Below, piece after piece: positions 19,949 through 29,675 of a stretch of 32,000 nucleotides of DNA; position 1 is the first letter of the stretch, and each line of letters starts with the position of its first letter. Under the pieces are notes generated by a model. It had not been told where the DNA came from, ran no database searches, and saw nothing but the letters and a program-made list of their open reading frames with translations. The translations under genes were made by a program, and so were the position numbers. Where the stretch lies: NCBI RefSeq assembly GCF_028368975.1, contig NZ_JAQNDM010000002.1, positions 2,024,007 through 2,056,006 on the forward strand. The letters are read 5' to 3'. Origin of the DNA: Stigmatella ashevillensis (GTDB taxonomy: Bacteria > Myxococcota > Myxococcia > Myxococcales > Myxococcaceae).

Positions 19949-21121
19949 CTACTGTAACGGCGGAAGCAGAACAAACTCCCGTGACGCCAGGCGCCGGTAG
20001 TAATACGGCTCGCGCCAGGGGTAATGCAGCTCCTCTGGCTTTAACAAGCCCGCCTCCACCAGCGCATCCAAACGCTCCGGGACTTCCCCTTTTTCCAGGC
20101 GAAACACCTCCACCGCGGCCTCAATCCGCTTGAGCTGCGCGCGGGAGACGAAGCGCTGGGCGCCCGGGTCGTCGAACGAGGAGGCGGCCTTGGCGGTGGG
20201 CGACAGGAAACCCGCCACCTGAACGGCCAGGAAGAGAATGGCCCCCAGCGCCGCCATGCTGGCCCCCACCCGCCCCAGGCTCCGGCCGACCTTGGCCAGC
20301 ACCCCCGCGCCCCCCGAGGAGGGTGCCTGACCCTCGGGATAGAACGGCCGCACGTATTGCAGGTTGATGAGGTTGAGCAGCGCCTTGCAGGTCTCGAACT
20401 CGCCCAGGCAGCTCACGTCGATGAGCTTGCGCACATCCCGGTCCGGGGAGATCACCTCGTAGACCCGCCGCTCGGAGTCTCCCACCGACTTGAAGTCGCC
20501 CTTGTTCTCGTCCTTCTTCTTCTCCGCGAACGCATCGTCGAACGCGGCGTCGAAGTCCGGCTCCGCGTTGACGGGCGGCGGCAGGGGCTTCAGACACTCG
20601 AACGTCATGTCCAGCCGGTTGATCTTCTTCCGGATGACCGGCCACTCGTCCACCATCCGGAAGCCTTCCATCAGCACCGATTCGGCGCGCAGCGGCGTGA
20701 TGGCTTCCGTATCGGACTCGACGGGCTCGGCCTTGAACGCGTAGGTGCCCGCGTCCCAGCTGAACAGGCGGTAGAGCGTCTCCGTGGCCTGCAACTGCAT
20801 CATCTTCTTGAAGCGATCGGCGGTGATGGCGCCGCTGGAGACAAGCACGTCGCCCAGCCGCTTGAGGGTGCGGCGCTGCGTCTCCAGCGAGTCCGCGAGC
20901 TGGGCCTCGGTGATGATCTCCGCGCGCACCAGCATGTTGCCGATGAGGTCCTTCTTCTTGCGGGTGATGCTCTCGACCCGGGCGATGTTGCCGTCCTTGA
21001 AGAAGACATTGACCTCCTGCTCTTTGCTCTCCAGGTACAGCTGGCCGGTCTTCTGCTGCTGCCCGATGAGCTGGAGGATGTCCGCGATGCCGAAGTCCTT
21101 GAGCGTTCCCTGAAGGGCCAT
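19949..21121 (-). CDS. DUF4388/PATAN-like protein with an internal TM and a pseudopilin-like C-terminal segment
   Basis: N-terminus MALQGTLKDFGIADILQLIGQQQKTGQLYLESKEQEVNVFFKDGNIARVES is DUF4388-like. There is a TM near ASMAALGAILFLAVQVAGFL. The C-terminus RIEAAVEVFRLEKGEVPERLDALVEAGLLKPEELHYPWREPYYYRR resembles type II secretion pseudopilin C-termini. Confidence 0.78.
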   Translation of the reverse strand: MALQGTLKDFGIADILQLIGQQQKTGQLYLESKEQEVNVFFKDGNIARVESITRKKKDLIGNMLVRAEIITEAQLADSLETQRRTLKRLGDVLVSSGAITADRFKKMMQLQATETLYRLFSWDAGTYAFKAEPVESDTEAITPLRAESVLMEGFRMVDEWPVIRKKINRLDMTFECLKPLPPPVNAEPDFDAAFDDAFAEKKKDENKGDFKSVGDSERRVYEVISPDRDVRKLIDVSCLGEFETCKALLNLINLQYVRPFYPEGQAPSSGGAGVLAKVGRSLGRVGASMAALGAILFLAVQVAGFLSPTAKAASSFDDPGAQRFVSRAQLKRIEAAVEVFRLEKGEVPERLDALVEAGLLKPEELHYPWREPYYYRRLASREFVLLPPLQ

Positions 21122-21136
21122 GGTCGTCGTCCCGGA

Positions 21137-23305
21137 TTACTGCGTCCGCCGCTTGAACAGCCCACGCAGCGACAGCAGGTAGAGAGGCAGGAGCACCAGC
21201 GCCGCCGGTGCCATCTTGAGGTAGTTGGGCGCTTCGCCGTAGGGCGAGCGCAGCACGCCCTGGCTCATCACCAGTACGGCCACCGCCAGCAGGAACAGGA
21301 AACAGTAGAACGCGCCCCGGATCGGCAACCCCGAGAAAACGTGGCCGGCCCCCGACACCAGGGCTCCGAGCGCCAGGGAGATCCGTCCCAGCCAGGTCTG
21401 GTGGCGCTGGACCTCCGCCTGTTTGCGCGCCCGCATCGGCTCGGGCACCACGCCCTTGCGGGCGAAGACGTTCGTGCACTGGCTGCACAGGAAGCTGCCC
21501 ATGCCCAGGTCCGGATCGCACCGGCGGCACACGGTCCGGCCGCACTTGTCGCACCCCTTGGAGGCCCGCAGCCGGTCCCTCGCCGCGCCCCACAGGAAGA
21601 GCAGTCCCGCGAGCACCACCGGGTAGAACCGCACCACCGGCCCCGACACGCCTAGCAACATGCGATCCAACTGGGACTCCACGCGCTTGCCCGCGGCCGT
21701 GCCATCCGCCAGCGCCAGCATGTCCGCGGTGGGCAGCTCTGGCGAGAGCAACAGCAGGTTCGCCAGCAGCCGGTCATCCGGGGGCACATCCCGGCCCACG
21801 AGCGCGGCATCCAGCCGCTGCGCCGTGGACATGGTCTCGCTGGCCCGCTGCAGCTCGGCGCCCACCTTGTCGTCCGGCAGCTCCCGGGCCCGGCGCCGGT
21901 AGATCTGCGCCAGGTTGTAGGGGGCGGCCGCGAGCGTGTTGTCCGCCTGCGCCGCCTCCTGGTAGAGGCGCGTGGCGCCGTCCACATCCCCGGCAGCCAG
22001 CAGCGCGTTGCCAAAATTCGTGAGCAGGAGCGCGTTGCGCTGGCGCAGGGCCGCCGCCGCCTTGAAGTGCGTGGCGGCCTCCTCGAGCTGCCCGCGGCGG
22101 GACTCGTAGCGCCCCAGGGCAAACAGCTCCGCGAAGCCGGCCTCCTTCGCCTCCAGGCGTGCCTGGATCCGGACGGCCGCCTCATCCGCCGTGAAGCCTC
22201 CCCGCTCCAAGAGGTAGACATCCTCCGCCACCGTGCCCGCGAAGGTGGTGGCCCGGGCGATCTGCCCCGCCACGAGGGGACTCAACCCCACCAGGGCCAG
22301 CAGCACGGCCGCCACGGCCCGCTCCGCCACGGTGAGGTAGAGCACCACCATGCCGAACAGGACGAACAAGACGGGCACCACGCCCAGCCGCAACAGCACG
22401 GGCATCAGCAGGACCGCAAGCACCACCATGATGGACTGCCAGCGTCCCACTCCCCGCGGGAAGACATGGTGGATGTCGTGGAGGAAGTAGCGAATCCTCC
22501 GGAGGAAGAGCACCCCCACCACTGCCGCCGCCGTGGCCAACAGTGCCAGCAGCGCCGTGGCCACCAGGTTCGCGACCGCGGGCCGCAGGTAGCGGGGATC
22601 CTTCAGCACCGCGGCGATGGCCGCTTGAAACTCCCCCATGTACTTGCCTACGGCCCCGGGCTCCCTGCGGGCATAGGCATCCGCGAGCGCGAACCGCGCA
22701 TAGGGCAGGTTGGGCGAGAGCGCCGCCGCGTCCTCGGCGAGGTGCACCGCCGAGGACATGTCCTTGGACTTGAGCCGGGCTTGAGACTCTCGCAGCAAGC
22801 TGGCGCTGAAGGCATCGAAGTCCGAAGCGGCCACTTCGTCCCGGAGCTTCAACAGGTCCTTACGGGCCTGATCCGCGGCCGCCGTATCGTTCGCGCCTCG
22901 CGCCTGGACCCACCGCTCCCAGACGGCGAGCAGGTCCGCGTCGGACACCCGGGGCGCCAGCAACGGAGGGGGCGGCGTCCGGACAGGGACCTCGACCTTG
23001 GGCGGCGCGGGTTTCGCCGCGGCGGGCGCCGCCGGGGCGGTGGGCGCCACCGCCGGAGTCCGCTCCGGTTCCTCCGGGGGGTCCTCCTGAGACGCGGGCC
23101 GCTTCGACTTTCCGGGGCGCCGAACCTGACCGCGATCGTCGTCCTCGTACACGGAGTCATCCGCCTCTTCAGGAGGTGGCTCTGGATCGGGATCCACCTC
23201 CTGGAGCAGCGAAGGCGCATCCATGCTTTGAGCGACCGCCGGTGCAGGCAGCACCAGCAGCGAGAGAATCACCGGGAGCAGGCGCAAACAAAAGGAGTGA
23301 GGCAT
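21137..23305 (-). CDS. Signal-peptide-bearing multi-pass membrane protein with TPR-like repeats and a paired CxxC zinc-ribbon-like segment
   Basis: MPHSFCLRLLPVILSLLVLPAPAVAQS; helical repeats (LLLTNFGNALLAAGDVDGATRLYQEAAQADNTLAAAPYNLAQIYRRR); CDKCGRTVCRRCDPDLGMGSFLCSQC; several TM segments. Start revised from 23404 to the ATG at 23305. Confidence 0.75.
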   Translation of the reverse strand: MPHSFCLRLLPVILSLLVLPAPAVAQSMDAPSLLQEVDPDPEPPPEEADDSVYEDDDRGQVRRPGKSKRPASQEDPPEEPERTPAVAPTAPAAPAAAKPAPPKVEVPVRTPPPPLLAPRVSDADLLAVWERWVQARGANDTAAADQARKDLLKLRDEVAASDFDAFSASLLRESQARLKSKDMSSAVHLAEDAAALSPNLPYARFALADAYARREPGAVGKYMGEFQAAIAAVLKDPRYLRPAVANLVATALLALLATAAAVVGVLFLRRIRYFLHDIHHVFPRGVGRWQSIMVVLAVLLMPVLLRLGVVPVLFVLFGMVVLYLTVAERAVAAVLLALVGLSPLVAGQIARATTFAGTVAEDVYLLERGGFTADEAAVRIQARLEAKEAGFAELFALGRYESRRGQLEEAATHFKAAAALRQRNALLLTNFGNALLAAGDVDGATRLYQEAAQADNTLAAAPYNLAQIYRRRARELPDDKVGAELQRASETMSTAQRLDAALVGRDVPPDDRLLANLLLLSPELPTADMLALADGTAAGKRVESQLDRMLLGVSGPVVRFYPVVLAGLLFLWGAARDRLRASKGCDKCGRTVCRRCDPDLGMGSFLCSQCTNVFARKGVVPEPMRARKQAEVQRHQTWLGRISLALGALVSGAGHVFSGLPIRGAFYCFLFLLAVAVLVMSQGVLRSPYGEAPNYLKMAPAALVLLPLYLLSLRGLFKRRTQ

Positions 23306-23469
23306 CCGGAAGGTCGATGATAGGCGAGGGGCTGTCACGACGAAAGCAATAGCCCCCCTCCCGCTTGCCTGCTTACCGGGTAAACAGCCCTTGACAGGAA
23401 GCAAGTCGTCCCCGGGCCGGGAAGACTCTGGAAAAGCGGTTGGGAACGCGGCGGGAGGTTGACGAGCAC

Positions 23470-24636
23470 ATGAGCACGAGTGGGGCAGAACTGGAACGGC
23501 TGGTGGGGATCATGAACCGCTTGCGCGCGGACGGGGGGTGTCCCTGGGATCGCGAGCAGGATCTGCGCTCCATGCGCCCCTACCTCGTCGAGGAGACCTT
23601 CGAGGTCCTCGATGAGATGGACCGGGTCGCCTACGGGGGTCCCTGGCGCTCGCTCTGCGAGGAGCTGGGGGATCTGCTCTTCCAGATCGTCTTCCACGCC
23701 CAGTTGGCAACCGAGAAGGGCGAGTTCACGATGGCGGAGGTGTGCCGCGCCGTGAGCGACAAGCTCGAAAGCCGCCACCCGCACGTGTTCGGGGAGAAGC
23801 AGGTCCGGGACTCCACGGAGGTGCTCTTCAACTGGGCGCAGATCAAGGCCGAGGAGAAGAAGCGGAAAACGGGCCGGGTCGGCTCGGTGCTCGATGGCGT
23901 GCCGACCGCCGCCCCTGCCCTGGCCCGGGCCGAGCGGCTCACCGAGAAGGCCAGCCGCATGGGCTTCGACTGGCCAGACGTGGCGGGGGTGAGGGCCAAG
24001 CTGGACGAGGAGCTCGCCGAGCTGGATGAGGCCATCGCCTCCAAGGACCGGGATGCCCTGGAGCACGAGCTGGGCGACGTCCTCTTCTCTCTGGCCAACC
24101 TCGGGCGGTTCCTGCACACGCCCCCCGAGGACGCGTTGCGCATGGCCATCCGCCGCTTCACCACCCGCTTCCAGCACATCGAAGCCGCCCTCCAGGCCGA
24201 GGGCGTCCCCCTGGGAGGGGCCACCCTGGAGCACATGGAGCGACATTGGCAGACAGCCAAGGCGGCGGAGAAAGCCCTCCCGCCCCCCGCCTCCCTGCCG
24301 CGCGCCCCACTGACCACCCTGCGCTTCCCCGTGCGAGACGTGGCGGCCCAACGGGCGTTCTGGGATGCCGTCGCGCCGCTGATCGGCTGGCACGCGGTCC
24401 AGAGCCCCTCCGGAGAGGCCCGCTATGGCGATGGCGCCCTGCTGCTCGTCTTCTGCTCTGGGGAGGGCGTCGGCGTTCCCGGGGTGGGGCTCACCCTGGG
24501 GGCCCCTTCCTCTCGCTCGGTGGAGCGGCTTCGGAGCACGCTGGAGGCCTCTCAGCCCGGGGCCCTTCAGGGGGGCGAGCCCACCGGGGTCCGCTTCCAG
24601 GACCCAGCGGGCCTTGTCTGGGAATACACCGCATAG
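23470..24636 (+). CDS. mazG: Nucleoside triphosphate pyrophosphohydrolase MazG fused to a C-terminal glyoxalase/VOC-like domain
   Basis: LVGIMNRLRADGGCPWDREQDLRSMRPYLVEETFEVLDEMD...ELGDLLFQIVFHAQ (MazG), with a second MazG-like half LDEELAELDEA...LEHELGDVLFSLANLGR. Then LTTLRFPVRDVAAQRAFWDAVAPLIGW...GVRFQDPAGLVWEYTA, which is VOC-like. ATG at 23470 has GGGAGG upstream; the track uses TTG at 23440. Confidence 0.9.
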   Translation: MSTSGAELERLVGIMNRLRADGGCPWDREQDLRSMRPYLVEETFEVLDEMDRVAYGGPWRSLCEELGDLLFQIVFHAQLATEKGEFTMAEVCRAVSDKLESRHPHVFGEKQVRDSTEVLFNWAQIKAEEKKRKTGRVGSVLDGVPTAAPALARAERLTEKASRMGFDWPDVAGVRAKLDEELAELDEAIASKDRDALEHELGDVLFSLANLGRFLHTPPEDALRMAIRRFTTRFQHIEAALQAEGVPLGGATLEHMERHWQTAKAAEKALPPPASLPRAPLTTLRFPVRDVAAQRAFWDAVAPLIGWHAVQSPSGEARYGDGALLLVFCSGEGVGVPGVGLTLGAPSSRSVERLRSTLEASQPGALQGGEPTGVRFQDPAGLVWEYTA

Positions 24637-24646
24637 CACGCGCGCC

Positions 24647-24675
24647 TTGACGCTCGCGGGGAGCCGCTGTAGGTA
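24647..24675 (+). promoter_or_regulatory. Candidate housekeeping promoter for rpsT (TTGACG-N17-TAGGTA)
   Basis: TTGACG at 24647-24652, 17 nt, TAGGTA at 24670-24675, located just after the mazG stop and about 40 nt before the rpsT start. Confidence 0.4.
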
Positions 24676-24714
24676 CGGCCCTCTTTGTCCACAGCCGTCC
24701 GTTGGAGATGACCT

Positions 24715-24981
24715 TTGGCGAATACCAAGTCCGCAGAGAAGCGCAACCGTCAGGCCCAGAAGCGCCGCGCCCGCAACACCGCCGTGCGCACCACGGTGAA
24801 GAACGCCGTGAAGAAGGCGCGTGAGACCCTCGCGACCAAGGACACCACCAAGAGCGCGGACGCCGTGAAGAACGCGACCCGCACGCTCGCCAAGGCCGCC
24901 TCGAAGGGCGTCCTGCACCCGCGCAACGCCGCCCGCCGCATCGCGCGCCTGGCCAAGGCCGCCAAGGCTGCCAAGGCTTAG
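24715..24981 (+). CDS. rpsT: 30S ribosomal protein S20
   Basis: MANTKSAEKRNRQAQKRRARNTAVRTTVKNAVKKARETLA... is a canonical S20. TTG start with GGAG 7 nt upstream. Confidence 0.97.
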   Translation: MANTKSAEKRNRQAQKRRARNTAVRTTVKNAVKKARETLATKDTTKSADAVKNATRTLAKAASKGVLHPRNAARRIARLAKAAKAAKA

Positions 24982-24993
24982 TCCTCTGATGTG

Positions 24994-25017
24994 AGCGCCC
25001 TTCGCTTCCGGGGCGCT
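24994..25017. terminator. Hairpin between convergent rpsT and lptE
   Basis: AGCGCCC (24994-25000), 10-nt loop, GGGCGCT (25011-25017). The right arm overlaps the lptE stop codon. No strong U-tract. Confidence 0.45.
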
Positions 25018-25546
25018 ACCAGTTCTGCGCCAGCCGCTCGTAGCCCTCGTGCATCAGCGTCTCCGAGAGACGGCGAAGCGCGGCGAGGCGGTTGGCTTCC
25101 GCTTCCAGCACATCACCGCTGCCGGGCAGATAATCCTCTGTCCCGGCGACGCTCGTTTCCGCGATGACCTGTCCGTCCTTCAGCAGCCGCAGGCGTGCCT
25201 CCGCGGAGGCCCGGTAGCTGGCAAGCTGGGAGGGACGCGTCACGACGCCATTCTCGACCATGGGTTCGGTCACGATGGTGGGGAAGCTGTTCACGCTCGT
25301 CACGGTCCCCTCGACGCTCCCCTCGCAGGCGCCGCTCGCTCCCAGCGTTCCCGAGCGCACCAGTTCCTGGCGGAAGGACTGGGTGAACAACGTCTCCAGC
25401 CCAGGCTCGGGCGTCTGGTTCAGGAACATGGGGGCGCAGACAGAGCGCAGCCCCTGCGGCAGCGTCGAGTCCCGGGGCACGAAGCGATAGCCACACCCCA
25501 ACCCCGTTGCCAGCAGACCCCACGCCACCACTCGAACCCGAGCCAT
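25016..25546 (-). CDS. lptE: LPS assembly lipoprotein LptE (LptE-like)
   Basis: MARVRVVAWGLLATGLGCGYRFVPRDSTLPQGLRSVCAPMFLNQTPEPGLETLFTQSFRQELVRSG...: lipoprotein-like start and a LptE/RlpB-like fold pattern. Confidence 0.8.
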   Translation of the reverse strand: MARVRVVAWGLLATGLGCGYRFVPRDSTLPQGLRSVCAPMFLNQTPEPGLETLFTQSFRQELVRSGTLGASGACEGSVEGTVTSVNSFPTIVTEPMVENGVVTRPSQLASYRASAEARLRLLKDGQVIAETSVAGTEDYLPGSGDVLEAEANRLAALRRLSETLMHEGYERLAQNW

Positions 25547-25576
25547 GGAGGCACAGTAGCGGGCTGAGATCCCGGG

Positions 25577-26146
25577 TCAAGCGCGGCGCCAGAGCCCTCC
25601 CCGTGCGTCCTGGGCGTCCACTCCGCGCGCCACCAGCCCCTGGACGGCCGCGGCACACACCGCATCGATGCGCTGCGAACGCTCCGAGCCGATGAGCGCT
25701 GTGCCCAACGGCCACCGCACGCGCCTACCATCGAGGAACTCCAGCACCACGAAGGACTGGCGCCACAACAAAGCCACGAGCAGTCCGAGCACCGACAGCC
25801 CCGTTGTCAGGGGGCGCACGGAGGGCACCAAGAGCGTCAGGACCAGGGCGAGTGGCACGATGGCCAGGGGCTCCAGGAAGAAGCGCCGGCCGAGCCTCAC
25901 GGAGCGCAGGCTGCCCAGCTCGACGACGGCGGGCGGCACCGTGGCATCCGCCCGGTACGTCAGCCGTCGCCCCACCCCTGCCACCATGCGGCCGCCCAGC
26001 TCGAGCAGGAAGAACGGCGCCTCGGAGGCCGAGGACCCGGGCCGCGGGGCCTCGGGCAGCACCGCCCCGCATGCCTCGCAGCGACCCTCCCGGGCTTGCT
26101 GGGGTTGACCGCACCCCGAGCACATGACGAGGACTTCGGTGGGCAC
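25577..26146 (-). CDS. Small zinc-ribbon membrane protein of unknown function
   Basis: MCSGCGQPQQAREGRCEACGAVLPEA (two CxxC pairs) and a hydrophobic segment LAIVPLALVLTLLVP...LSVLGLLVALLW. GTG at 26146 has GGAG 6 nt upstream. Confidence 0.65.
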   Translation of the reverse strand: MPTEVLVMCSGCGQPQQAREGRCEACGAVLPEAPRPGSSASEAPFFLLELGGRMVAGVGRRLTYRADATVPPAVVELGSLRSVRLGRRFFLEPLAIVPLALVLTLLVPSVRPLTTGLSVLGLLVALLWRQSFVVLEFLDGRRVRWPLGTALIGSERSQRIDAVCAAAVQGLVARGVDAQDARGGLWRRA

Positions 26147-26158
26147 CCGTTGCTCCGC

Positions 26159-28657
<2,499 letters not shown>

Positions 28658-28858
28658 ATGGTCGTTGCGACTCTTATGAGAGGCCCGCGCCCCAAGCAAC
28701 AAGCGAGCCGGCCCTGCACCTGCCCGCCCGGTCATCTCAGCGCCTCGGGGAAGACACACAAATATCACGGGAGCCCTGCCGGACTGGCGTGTTAGCCCCC
28801 GCTCCGTTGCACTTTTCACCTTGTCTCAGGGCGGACCGCCCCTGAAAGGCCTCTCCAC

Positions 28859-29626
28859 ATGACGTCTCTTTCCCTCAAGCCATTCCTGGGCGCCGTGGTC
28901 CTGCTCTCCGCGCCCCTGTCCCTGGCCGACAGCAGCACCACCATTCCCGCCTTCGAGGCAAAGGTGGCCGCGGCCAGGAGCCCCTCCAGCCCCGGTGAGT
29001 CCACCGTCGTCCGTCCGGAGATGTCCGAAGCGCTCGGCTTCTTTCTCTACGACGACGGCACGCTGGACTCCCAGGAGCGGGCCCACCTGGGCACCCGGCT
29101 CGCGGACGCCGCGTTTCTGGCCGGTGTCGATGCCCAGGCCCAGAAGTACTTCACGGACTTCTACCACCTGAACGACGGCGCCACCGTCCCGGCCGTGCCG
29201 CACCTGTGGTGGCCGGACGCCACTCCCGAGGAGCTCTATGGCGTCAGCGGCCCGCTCGCCGACGCCTCGGTGATCCGAGATGGTTACGTCGAGGGCATCG
29301 CCAATCAGGTCACGCTGGTCAACGCGGCCTACACGTCCTTCGGCATCGACCGGCAGCCCAGCCACTTCGTCCCCATCGACACGAACGAGCTCATCGCGGA
29401 ACTCAGCGTCCGCTATGACGGCCAGACCGTGACCGAGGAGGAAGTGAACGCCGCGGCGGCCTACATCACGTGGATCTCCCGCAACAGCCTCCTGCTCTAC
29501 AAGGCCAGCTGGAACTGTTCCCACTGCGGAGGAGGACCGGGCGACATGGGCGGCTCCATTTTCGCCGCGGTGAGCACGGATCGCCGCCGGGTGCGCATGG
29601 TGCGGATCCGCACCTGGGTCGAGTAG
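28859..29626 (+). CDS. Secreted protein of unknown function
   Basis: MTSLSLKPFLGAVVLLSAPLSLADSSTTIPAFEAKVAAARS... has a signal-peptide-like start and a C-terminal WNCSHCGGGPGDMGG motif. No family recognised. AAGG lies upstream of the ATG. Confidence 0.7.
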   Translation: MTSLSLKPFLGAVVLLSAPLSLADSSTTIPAFEAKVAAARSPSSPGESTVVRPEMSEALGFFLYDDGTLDSQERAHLGTRLADAAFLAGVDAQAQKYFTDFYHLNDGATVPAVPHLWWPDATPEELYGVSGPLADASVIRDGYVEGIANQVTLVNAAYTSFGIDRQPSHFVPIDTNELIAELSVRYDGQTVTEEEVNAAAAYITWISRNSLLLYKASWNCSHCGGGPGDMGGSIFAAVSTDRRRVRMVRIRTWVE

Positions 29627-29644
29627 GCCCGGCCGTGAAGCCCC

Positions 29645-29675
29645 GCCACCTGCTGGAGGCCCTCAGGCAGGTGGC
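29645..29675. terminator. Strong hairpin between the convergent secreted-protein gene and glpD
   Basis: Perfect 9-bp inverted repeat GCCACCTGC (29645-29653) / GCAGGTGGC (29667-29675) with a 13-nt loop. The right arm extends over the glpD stop region. Confidence 0.45.

Noticed and set aside
20121-21593. 490-aa minus-strand ORF overlapping the DUF4388 gene in another frame
   Set aside because: Biased Gly/Arg/Ala-rich translation in an alternative frame of two supported genes.
28827-28844. Small imperfect hairpin CAGGGCGGACCGCCCCTG upstream of the orphan secreted gene
   Set aside because: Short and bulged, expected by chance in high-GC DNA. Not enough to call a regulatory element.
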